A stretch of 64,000 nucleotides of DNA from positions 24,800,001 to 24,864,000 of the forward strand of contig JBHGNT010000001.1 in assembly GCA_043228905.1 (NCBI GenBank). Reading direction: 5' to 3'. The notes below the pieces were generated by a model that did no database searches, had not been told where the DNA came from, and was given only the letters and a program-made list of their open reading frames with translations. Each line of letters begins with the position of its first letter. Within the stretch, counting starts at the first letter, position 1. Source of the DNA: Azolla caroliniana. Lineage: Eukaryota; Plantae; Polypodiophyta. Of the stretch, positions 35,793-47,500 are shown in pieces. The position numbers and the translations under genes are program-made.

Positions 35793-37300
35793 TGTCTGAT
35801 TAGTCAATTCATGTTGCAACTAACGTCCGACCACCTTTAGTGTGTGCATTGAATCTTGCGATATGTAAGCGGCATGTAGGATAGAGGGTTGTTATACCAG
35901 GCAAGTGTACCGGATAGTTAGTTGGCTACACGGATGCTGATTGGGCCAGAAATGTCGGCGATTGTAGGTCTACATCCGGTTTTTCCTTTTCATTGGGAAG
36001 TGTCACAATCACCTAGAGCAGTAAGAAGCACTATCGAGCACCGAGGCCGAATAGAGAGGAGCGACTGTTGTGACATGCGAAGCCATCTGGTTCAAGAGGC
36101 TAATGAAGGATCTGCAAGTGGAGGTGTCTGAGCTAACCATGATATTCTACGACAACCTCAATAGCATCCAACTAGCGAGGAACCCTACTTTCCACGCTCT
36201 CACAAAACACATTGAGGTTCACTATCATTTTGTATGCGAGTGAGTTCTCTCTAGTGAACTCAAACTTGTATATGTTCTGACGGATTGTGCCGATATCTCC
36301 ATCAAACCTCTCGACCTAGACAAGTTGCGGCATTTTTCGAGTATTCTTGGTCTATAGCACCTTGACATGCCGAACTTGATGGGGAGAAGTAGTGAAAGAA
36401 AAGGAGAAATGGAGAGAGATTATGTCTAAGAAGTTGTATCGAATATGGAGTTCGAATCTGGAACGGTTGAAGAAGCTGGAACGTTCAAAACAGTTGAAGA
36501 AGCCGACGACACGTCAGACAAGAGAATAGATGGAAGAAGATTGACTAAGTGTAGACTAGCCAAATGCAAGGGTAGCGGTCGAAAGAGAGAGCCGAAGCTA
36601 GAGCTAACCGAACAAAGGGGAGGCAAAGCCGAGAAAGGCAAGGTAGGTGGTAGAGCTAAGAAGGGCAAAGCCGACCTGAAGATGAAGGTGAAGACCAGGA
36701 CATGGTTAGAAGTGGTTAAGGGCTTGAAGGAGGACGAATCAGAGATAGTTGATTCAGTCAAGATCAGGAACACATCGGAGACAACTGATCTGGTTGAAAG
36801 GAGGGATCCGGATGAGACGGAACATGTGAAGGCCAAGCGAACAAGGAGGCAACCGAAGCCGACGTTGAGATAGAGGAGCCAACGGGTCGAGGGGCACCAA
36901 TGTTGCGACAACAAAGAAGATGATAAGGGCCTGAAGAGCATATATGCCGACCGTAGGGGTCGAGGTGTGTAGAACCGGACGGGTCGGGAAGTGTCAGACC
37001 AGAGGGGTCGTGGGATGTGGGAATGGACTTAACGAGGAGTCAAGCAAAACGCGAAGACACCAAGAGAAGCCGGAGGCTAGAACCAGCTGGAGCTGACACA
37101 TTGGGACCTCAAATTGAGCTTGAGGACAAGCTCAACGTGGGCTGAAGAAACCGAGAGCCAGATTGGATGAAGGCTGATCAGCTAAATAAGCCGAAAAGCC
37201 GAATCGGTTGCTAAGCCAAACCAGCTAGTCGAGTCGGATGGAATCCGAAGGCCGTTAGGGAGCCTAGGTGCCTAGCGTTTGTAACTCTTTTGAAGCATTG
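35793..37300 (+). mobile_element. Copia family X 3' fragment (RT end, RNase H, 3' extension, LTR remnant)
   Basis: LISQFM; GYTDADWA..RSTSGF; TKHIEVHYHF; extension containing KTRTWLEVVKGLK. Confidence 0.8.
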
Positions 37301-37399
37301 ATTGATTTCCCTTCAATATTTATATCTAACAATGTTTTTATTCTTTACAACCTCCTACAATATGAACCTACAGATTTATAGCATAATATAGCTAACTAG

Positions 37400-37810
37400 A
37401 TGTAGTGGAGAATATGGGGGTTGTTTGTCCACAAGGTTGATGCATATAAGGTGGTAACAATATCCACTAGAATTGCATATAAATGGAAAGCATTTACCAA
37501 TCCAAGTATATGATCCAAAGGTTACAATCTCATATCCCAAAATATTTATAAGGTGGCTTTAAAATATATTAATAATAGATGACAAATGTCGTATTTTAAC
37601 ATGTTTTCTCTCTCTCTACATATAAGGTTTAATTTTGCAATTTGGTATTTGTGGTGGTAACAATATCCCTAGAATTGCATACTAAATAGGAAAGCATTCA
37701 TATGATCCAATGGTTACAATCTCAGATTCCAAATATTTATAAGGTGCCTTTGAGAGATATTAATACTAGATGACAAATGTCATATTTTCAACATGTTTTC
37801 TCTCTCTCTA
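37400..37810. repeat. ~200-bp tandem duplication
   Basis: ggtggtaacaatatcc..ctagaattgcata..tatgatccaa..aaatatttataaggtg..gatgacaaatgtc..acatgttttctctctctct occurs twice. Confidence 0.8.
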
Positions 37811-39429
37811 AGTATCAAGTTCCATCCAATATGGAGACAAACACAATACATAAGGTCATTCATATTAAGCTTTTTCGAAGGAGCTTTGTTACATGTATAA
37901 TTGCATGGATATTCTACCACACTATGGTACCCATTACATAAAGAGAAATTTGTTATAGGCTTTTGAAAATGCAAGTCATGTTCATGTAAGGAAAAGAAAC
38001 TACTTTCTAAAGTCCAAAGTAATTTAAAAAAATCATGAGATCTCCTTGAATAAGCCTTAATATCACAACTTACAAGTGATGTTTGAATATTCTAGTACCC
38101 AAACGAAAAAGAAAATGTTTTTCATGATCTTACAAAAGACTGTGTGGCAATGAGAGGAATAGGATTAAAGAACAATATTATTAGGTTGAATGGAAAGTTA
38201 AATAAACACTTTTGCCTACACGATTCCAAATGCCTTTTGCTTCAATGTAACTATAAACAACGTACTAATTGGGCAGTGTTTTGACAAGTAATCTTACTTT
38301 TTAGCTTTAGAGGGATCTAACTAGGATGTTCTTGTAGTCTCTCTTACTACCTTCGAATTTAAAAGACGTGCAACAATGGATGCTTAGGAAAGTGAGCAAT
38401 AAAGAAATATGATCCGTAAAAAACAAAAATAAAGACTCCAATGGGCTCGTTTCTTGACAAGTGAGAAATCGACACAAAAGCAATTCAAAAGTGGTTTCTC
38501 CCTTGTGGAAAAATACCCTTTTTTAAGGGATTTTAAGAAAGTGGTTGTGTGAAATACTATGTAAGGATTGTTTACAAAAAAGGTCAGGGTACAATGCAGG
38601 TAGACTAGTAATAGATTGATATGAGAATATATGTGGGTGGATCAAAACCATTGAGCCATTTTGTGTGAGAAGGAATGCATAGGAAAGAGATGAGAGAGGG
38701 GAAGAATCTTATGAATGGTGTAGAAGAGAGACATTATTATCATTGACGGATTTCGATTGCGTGTGAAAGAGAGTGAGCTACAGATAGTTGTCAAATGAAA
38801 AAATGACGAATGTTAGAAACTTGGTTTGACACATATACTAAAACACACACACACACACACACATATATATAGCATGTTAGAAACATTGCAAAGCTTCATT
38901 ATTGCTTGACCAAATGTATATCTTCGTAATTGTATGGATTGACATTGAATTGGTTAACTTATGTCTCCAAATATTGAATAGTTATGTTTAGGGGTTCCAA
39001 CTACTTTGGTCTGATTTAAATCATGACATAAACTTCAAGCTCTGATACCTTAGCTCGGTTGAGCTAAATCTTTGTTGCGAACTTGGTTTAAGATTGACAT
39101 ATGTTTAGTTATTAATAACCTATTGGATTTACCACTAATATGAGATTTGCCCATCGTAACTTTCTTCTTATGTTCCTCACAACATACATACATACACAAA
39201 CATGCATGTATGATTGGTGAAATAGTATCATGTGTCAACAACTTGTTGGCTTAACCACTAGGAAAATGGATGCATGCTTATATGAATACCAACAAGAAAC
39301 AACACGATTGACATGTGCAAGTCTTGGAAGGGGGGTGTTGTTGGAGAGAGGGTTCTCCTACAAAGTTTGATGGTGTGTAATGATTGGTGTCTGGTCGAAT
39401 AAGTAGGAACTAATATAGGCTCATAAAAT

Positions 39430-39585
39430 TAACAACTAGGGTAACAAGTAAAGACAAAAAAAAGTCATAGTTTATAGGCGAACCATAGAGAAAGACGGAC
39501 GGACTTCCATAAAGTTAACAACCAAGGTAACAAGTGAACCCCAAAAAAAGTCATAGTTTATAGTCGAACCATAGAGAAAGACTCG
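39430..39585. repeat. Short tandem duplication upstream of the Elongin-C-like gene
   Basis: ggtaacaagt..aaaaaaagtcatagtttatag.cgaaccatagagaaagac occurs twice. Confidence 0.8.
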
Positions 39586-39837
39586 CGGACTTCTCTAGGT
39601 GATGACGAGGGCATGGAAAAGGGAGTGAGTGCCAACTAGGTTTGCCACATATATATATGTATAGATAGATAGCCATATGTATGTATATAAGTGAGGCTTC
39701 TTGCTGGTGATGTAGGGACAAGAAAACTTGAGTGAAGTTGAGACTAAACCACATCCAACGAATTGTTCTTTCATTTATTTTCAGTTGGACTAAAGATAAA
39801 CCACCCCACTTCTCTTCCTCTCAAACCATCCATCACC

Positions 39838-39979
39838 ATGGTAGTGAAGAAAGTGGCACTCATCAGTGTTGAAGGCATGGAGTTTGTAGTGGACCGAAGG
39901 GTAGCCATGGCCTCCTCTTCACTCAGGGAACTTATTCAATACTATGGTAACAACTCTTCTCTCTCTCTCTCTATCTATA

Positions 39980-40014
<35 letters not shown>

Positions 40015-40250
40015 GTCTATCTATGTATGTATGTATTTATGTATGTATGTGTGCTCTCTTTCTATCATGATAACATGCTAATGTTTTCAACCTGTGTTTT
40101 TTAGATGAGTTACAGGGCTTCTCCCATCGTGATGCGGAGAAGGTGAGGTTGACATTGGATTTGAGCTCACCCACTCTAGAGAGGCTATGTAGTCGCCTTT
40201 GCCACCATTACCGCGACTCTTCTTCGCATGACCCGGCCAATCCCGACTAA
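39838..40250 (+). CDS. Elongin-C-like (SKP1/BTB fold) protein, 84 aa, 2 exons (39838-39946, 40105-40250), lacking the C-terminal helix
   Basis: VALISVEGMEFVVDRRVAMASSSLRELI resembles plant ELC VKLISxEGFEFVIDxxAAMVSQTIR; GT..AG intron with CTAAT branch point; exon 2 LSSPTLERLC resembles ISTTILEKIC; TAA at 40248-40250. Confidence 0.75.
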
Positions 40251-40368
40251 TCTCGGCCGTTGGGTTCAGCTTAAAATCTCATCCTAACCATTTGTTCCTA
40301 TCACACCCTTCTTCTACCATCCCAATTCCAACAAGCTTCTTGATACCCAACAACAAGCTTCATAATAT

Positions 40369-40399
<31 letters not shown>

Positions 40400-41618
40400 G
40401 ATAAATAGATAGATAGATAAATAGATAGATAGATATGTCCCCAAGTCTACTTGACCCAGCCACTCAGCCTCGTTTACCTTCAGAATCAATCCACATGTTT
40501 CCCATTTTACTTGACTTTTGTTCATGCCAACCTTTAAGCCTATGGTAACCCTCCATGCTAACTAATTACACCTTCAATACCCCCACATTTTCCAGTCAAT
40601 CCACACTAATTCGATCTTATTGGCATTTGATCATCAATATGCCAAATCTAAACCCGCAAGAGTTAATCATCCCAGCGTGCCCTCTCTTCCCCTGGCTCTC
40701 CCCATTTAACCAAATCCTATTGACGATTTCAATCATGTCAACTCTATGTATGTTTATCAATGGAACCATAAACCATGTGATAGTACCCCTAATAACTCCC
40801 CCTTGGTGCCCGCATTCTTGCATAATGATCTACTTTTATCACTTCACTATTGCTTAATTTCTACCTTTACACGGTTTTCAAGAAGTTAATAATTCTTTAC
40901 TTCCCAAAAACGGATCGTTTGCATACTTGTGATGTTCCTATTGACAACGCGATGCACTTTGAAAGTCTCGAAACCCATTCAAATCTATGTTATTCATAAT
41001 AACTTATGCATTCATGCCATGTGATACTTCACGCTCACAAGTTACAACTACCTTAGATAAAGAAAGAATACATGGTTATTGTTTTGGGCATTGATTGCAC
41101 TAAAAGTTATGATCACATTGTGTTTCATAAACATGCATATGTATATGAATGTTTGGTATCATGTATGAAAAGAAGATAATGGTGAAATTTGACTTGCAAG
41201 TTTCGTCATGCATAGATATTCAATGTGTGGCAACTTCCTTTGCATTATAGAATGATATTTTATTTTGAGTACTCAAAAGGAATATTGATTGTACCATGCT
41301 TTCAATGTGAGTTGAATAATCTCCAAGAAATAAGTTCCTTCAATCTAGGTAAACATTACTCATTCTAATTCTTTTCTTTCTTTTAAGGATGCCATATTAA
41401 GTTCATCAAACATCTTGAATTAACAACTATAGGAAAGATGAAAGATGATTTGCTGGCTATATTCACTCATATTTTTATGATATAAGCATTATGCATCCCA
41501 TGTGAGCAAAAAAATTGTGCAAAAACAAAGATACAATCACAAGAAATTATTGAAAGCATCAAAGGTAGAAGACGTACGTAATGTTATCTCTTAGTGATAA
41601 TCATAATTTACTAGGTTA

Positions 41619-41683
<65 letters not shown>

Positions 41684-41684
41684 C

Positions 41685-42165
41685 AACTTACTAGATATGC
41701 ATGACACGCAAGTAAAAAGACCCAAAAGTCACCTGAAAGCACATTTTAGTGCTCCATTTGATGCAAAATATGGAAAAATGGTTTGGATATGGAATGCAAA
41801 ATGCTTGCTTCACGATGCATTAATAGATTCATCTATCAATGAGGCCTTTTTGTAATGCCAATGTATCATGACATGGGGAAAACCTAATGCTCATGCTTTA
41901 TTTTACATGTCTCACCTAACTACAAAATCATCTTCTTCACTTGATGAAGAAACCACATACAACAATACATGTTAGAGCCCATCCAATTGTTTGCCATTCA
42001 AACCATTGCTTCGATATGACTTAATTCACAATCACTACACTGTGAGATGGGGCATTAGGGCATAAGTGATGAAACTAGTAAGCTCTACACACTTTACCCT
42101 AAACAAGTTTGGGAATATGAGTGTCACACTTTGATACAATGCTCTACTTATGATCACATTTGGAA
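41685..42165 (+). mobile_element. Highly decayed RTEX-like LINE fragment
   Basis: Recognisably homologous to the reverse complement of 20230-20720 (gcaag.aaaaaga.ccaaaag, aatgaggcctttttg, atgttagagcccatcc); preceded by (CT)n(CA)n. Confidence 0.7.
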
Positions 42166-42544
42166 ATTTTCTACTATTGTCACAAAGTGCACTCTCTTAA
42201 TTGTTAGACTAATGTCTTTCGATTCGAAACCCAATTTCCTCACCTCTCAATTATTCCATACATATCCCTTAATTTACTGGATGCCACTGTGGAATGTAGG
42301 GGTTGAGCCTTGCCATTGTTATGAACCAACTCCATCATTTTTTTTTATTGTAATGTTAGCCTACCGTAATGGTAAGTTGTTATATTACAAGCACTATGTC
42401 TTGGGTTCAAAACCTAATTTTTCCCACCTCTCTATTACTTCATACATATCCCTTAATTCACTAGATGCCACTATGGAATGTAGGGGTTGATCTCCATCAC
42501 TAAGATTCCATTGAGTAATCTCTCTCTCTCTCTCTCTCTCTCTC

Positions 42545-44497
42545 TTTTCGTAAATCAATGTTGGTTATTAAAACTTGATAATAATAAAACCCTTGCTATC
42601 TTCACTACTTCATAAATAGTGATAGTGCAAGGGAAGCCCTCTCAAGTGTTGTAAAACTAGATGACATAAGTCTATCTCCTCTTGGGACAACGTCCCCATA
42701 CAACATAGTTGTGAAATTGCCAAATCAATTTCCCTTTCATCCTACGGAGTTGTTGTGTTACCCCATGAAGTCCATGAAACAAGAACCCATTTCTCATGGT
42801 CTAATTAAACCACATCCGCCAATATCTAAGGTAATAAAAAACAACCTTATACGATGGTGTGGGCATAACTTTATCCTCATCCATAAAAACCCATTTATAA
42901 GGTGCCAAAATATTTCTTGTTATCGATGCCCAAATTTGTGACATAATCACCCAAATGGCTTTAGCAACCAAACATGTAATGAACCTATGACTGTCATCTT
43001 CTTAAACCACCGTATAGAAAAAACATGTCCCATTTGAAATGTCTTCGTTTTAAGGCCATCGCCAAAGGAAACCCACCAACTATGGCACGCCAAAGAAACA
43101 CCTTTGCACGAAATGAAAGATGAGACTGCCACCCTGCAACTAAAACTCTACACCACTCCACATTTCGAGTAATGTGCCATGTATCCAAAACCTTATTTGC
43201 TAATTACGCTCTATCTTCAACCAACTTATGGTGCACATCATTAGTGTGCACCACATGAATCGATTTCCCATTACCAAATGACCAATATTTCCATGGTTCC
43301 TCAACCAGCAACTCTGGAATTGGGAAAACTAATCTAGGCAATGCCAATATTGATTGCCAAATATACCCATATCCGCGTGGTATATGAAACTTATTTTTGA
43401 TTGTCCGAAAGGTCATCATTTTCCTGCGTGACTATAAAATACCATCTTCGATAGTTACCAAGCCTAGCCTTGCCATTTGATTGAACTGTGAATTTAGACT
43501 TTCTTTTCCATCCTAGTGTAATATCCTTTAAGCTGCCAACACCTTTGCTGCCCTTGAATTTATATCTTTTTTGCACTCAGGAGGCCTCCAATTAAACAAA
43601 GTCAAACACCGCTCCCAAGAAAGCACCAATTGTTGAACCATAATAGATTCTGAACACTTAAATTGCCGGGTACTATTAACCACATGCCACCACGAAGCTG
43701 TAATTCTAGTTTTCCAATAGTAAATACCAACCTTTTCCACAAAATAAGTAATTATTTCGGCCCAAGGTTGGGTACCTATGCACATACCTTTCAAAAGATT
43801 GAATCTTCGAGCCACCATATGATCTTCTAAATTTAGTAAAGCAGCACCCCCTAACCGTTTTGGGGTACAAATATTGTTCCATGATGCTCAACTCATATCA
43901 TGGTTTGTTTCTTTCTTCCATAGTGTATATTTAAGTGAACGAGCTAAATGATCAAGTGATTTCTTTGTCCATGGTAACAAATGGCAAAAAATAAGAAATC
44001 ATTGGAATCAATATAGCTTGCACCACTTTGAGACGAGTACTAAACAACCATGCTTGAGACTTCCAATACATAAATTTGTCCAAAATGGTTCCCAATATCC
44101 AATTCAAACTTTGCGATGATGAGACATCAACACCAATAGGGTAACCTAAGTGTCAACACACATTCCTTTGATCTATTATTTGGCCACCCCATCCAAGATC
44201 AACCAAATCACACGCAGTGCATCTAATGAGCATCGACTTCTACATATTTATATGTAATCCTGACGCCAATGCGAACACATTCCACACCTCCATGGCTTTA
44301 GCTATGTTATCAAGTGCTAATTTGAGAAATAAAAACGAATTATCAGCCAATGCTTGGGTGATCAATTGTTTCCCTGATGGTAGAGCTAATCCAACTATTT
44401 CCCCATGTGTTGCCAACTCATTCATCTTCACCAAAATCGGTTGTGTAGCAATTGCAAATAATAATGGACTCAATGGGCATCTTTGTCTAAGTGATCT
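42545..44497 (-). mobile_element. 5'-truncated L1-clade (L1/Tx1) LINE, decayed
   Basis: LRQRCPLSPLLFAIA..QALADNSFLFL..ASGLHIN; WNNICTPKRLGG; KVFLWRAIVGGFP (zf-RVT); (TC)n tracts at both ends (42519-42544, 44498-44515). Confidence 0.8.
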
Positions 44498-44498
44498 T

Positions 44499-44554
<56 letters not shown>

Positions 44555-47500
44555 CCCTTACTTGGAAGACATGTCCACCCCATCCTGATGTATGTATGTG
44601 AATATCTTTAGAACATGACAATTTTAATTGCAATAGGAAGATAGTGCTCTAATTTAATTTGCATGCACGTCTCCATACATACTTTTGGTAGGTAGAAATT
44701 AAATCAATCATTCACTATATTTTACATTTTGTTCATTGTTCCCATTAATGTCATTGTCAAAGAATTTCAGTTCTATGTTCCTATCTTAGAGACAAATATC
44801 CTTATTCTATCTAAAACTCGTGTAAAGAGAGTGCTTTTCCCATTCATTGGTAAGGGTAGCAATGGTTACAATATGTGGAATCTTCTTCGATCATCTATTG
44901 AGTTTGATACACCTTGATTGTCATATTTTAATATTGTAACTCTTATGGTCACTGCCCATCTTTTTAACATTTCAACCTCAATTATCATTGTAATAGTACT
45001 ATGGGTACCAACTTTGATCATGCAAAGGTACATGTTAGATATGAATGAAACCTTGTTTAAGCATTTGGTGGTCTTATGGTTGTGTAGTACATATCCATGT
45101 GAATGTATAAATTAAGAAATTAAGAGCCCCTTGGTCCATGTGAATCAAGACTTCGTCTGACCAAGGAACAAGAAACAAACTACAACATGGCCAATAGCTC
45201 TCATAAACCTAGTGGTTGCATGATGGCACCAATGGTATTTGTATCATTCGAAAATAGATGTTGGTGTTGTGTCCCAAATTGGTACACTTAGCGCACATTG
45301 TTCATCCCATTTCCTTTAATATTTCGAGAATTGACTCACAACCACTCTTTATTGCACTGTTCATAACTTTGGAAGTTGATATGGTCAATCCTTTTATGCT
45401 ATATTTCAATGTTGGAAGTGCAACTTTGCTCTATTTTCCTTCATAATCGTTGAGGATTTCACCATCTTGTTCTTAAAAATTAGGTAATTAAGCAAGGGTT
45501 AATTAGTACCTACTTATGTGATTAAGTTAAGCGAAAGATTAAGTGATATGTGTGTGTATGTGTGTGAGAGGAAGTTAACACTTATAAACAATGAGACAAG
45601 ATGGGGGATGATTAACTATATTAAAAAGCATCATCAAATACAAAACTACCCACAATGAGGTATATATACATCTCATGTGCAGAGGTGCACATGTGTGAGT
45701 AGAATATAGGTACAAAGGTGTAAGTCTTATATTAAATGATCATGGGAGTGGAGGATCTAGAAGTACAAAATCCTATTTAAGGCTTTAAGGTCAACACACT
45801 AACTAGATTCTATCTCGGTAACTACTATGTATGTGTGTTGACTAACTAACTAAATCTAGTTGAGCTTGATATCTCAACACGCCCCCTCAAGCTCAAGTGT
45901 GAGGCGTCCGATGTTCGCTTTGGCTTTTGTCGGCTTCCATCCGGCCTTCGGCTTTCTTCAATCTTTCCGACGCAGTTTCGGTTCCTCCCCCTCAAGGCAA
46001 TGATGAAGACTTGTAGTGTGAAGTGGGCGAAGGCTGACTGCTCCCACCCATCGTGGTTCACGAGCTATCTGGGGCTCTTGTTTGGCCGCTACCTTCATCG
46101 TGAAGGCATGATGATAGGCCATATACTCGTTGTAGCCGAGCCGAGTGACAAGGTTCTTCTCTCTAAATGAGCGTCAAAGTTTTTCACTTGCCGATGTGAG
46201 CGCCTTTTTTACTCTGAGTGTCCGCATGATGGGTACACCAAACTGATTGTCTTGTGAGTGAACTGACACATCTGAATCACTGTCATCAGGATGGCCGACT
46301 TCGTCTTCGGGCATCTTATCTTTGACTTTGTCCAAGCTCGAACTTAGCCGCTACATGCTTTGGTCGCGTGAAGGCTCATGTGGGCCACTTAGCTCGGTAG
46401 AGCTTGGACGGTCCTTTGGTGAAGGGCTTGGCCAAATATCTTCCTTCGAGTTGACGTTCAACTCTTCCTCGGTCGAGTCGGGTGGAACCAAATCGGGCTT
46501 ATACCAAGATGCCGATTCGTCGAAGTCTACGTCTCGACTTACCTGAACCGCTCGGGTCGAAGGGTTATAGCAGTTGTATGCCTTCTTCTCAGATGAGTAT
46601 CCTACGAGGATACATTTCTCTGACTTCGCGTTGGGCTTCTCTCTATTTTCGTTCGGGATGCATATATTCGCAATGCTTCCTAACACTTTGAGGTGCCACG
46701 GGATCGACTTCCTTTTGACAAGGAGGTCATATGGAGTTAGCTCATGCACTCCATTGGTGGTGCACTGGTTCATGAGATAGATGCCCATGGATGCCGCTTC
46801 AGCCCAATAGAAGTTCGGCATGTGTTTCTCATGCATCATGGCTTGTGCTACCTCGAGTATTTGCCGCTTCTTCCTTTCGGTGACTCCATTTTGTTTGGGT
46901 GTGTGTCGGCACAATAATTCTCTCTGAATGCCTTCACCTTGGAGGTAGGAAATGAATTCGTTGGAGAAATACTTCTTGCCTCCATTCGATCGTAGGCATC
47001 GAATGTGCCGACCGATTTCTTTTTCGACTTAGCTCTTGAGCTTTTGGAAATGGGAGAGCACTTCGCTCTTCTTCTTCATCAAGAAGATCCACGTGTAGCA
47101 CAAGTAATCATCGATGAAGGTGACGTAGTATCGGCATCCACCGATCGTCGACGTTTGAGCCGGTCCCCATACATCCGAGTGTATGACGTCGAGAAGGCCT
47201 TTGCTTGTGTAGCTCTCCTTCGGAAATGGGAGTTGATGTTGTTTGCCAAGTTGACACGCTTTGCATACTCGGTTGACTTATTTTGACTCGAAGGTCGGAA
47301 GTCCGATGATGACTCCCTTTGTTTTGCATAACTCAGAGCCGTTGGAGGTTAATGTGGCTTCTCTTGTGCCACAACTCGATGCTTGTGTCGGTTTTGCAAC
47401 CTTTGGCATATATGGCCGATTTCAGCTCGTTCGAATCGAGAATGAACATTCGGTTGTCTCTTCGTCCCTTAGCTATAAGACGCCCATCTTTCTCGATGAA

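Noticed and set aside
38811-39240. Minus-strand iMet PBS (gctctgatacc ~39038) with nearby TG/CA motifs, possible TRIM
   Set aside because: No LTR pair or TSD could be defined.
40366-41030. (ATAG)n tract with adjacent sequence as another LINE tail
   Set aside because: Lacks the RTEX hairpin and any convincing LINE protein motif.
44880-45515. Faint gypsy RT/RNase H relic on the minus strand, possibly continuing at 52852-53280
   Set aside because: Motifs too decayed to call by eye; needs an HMM search.
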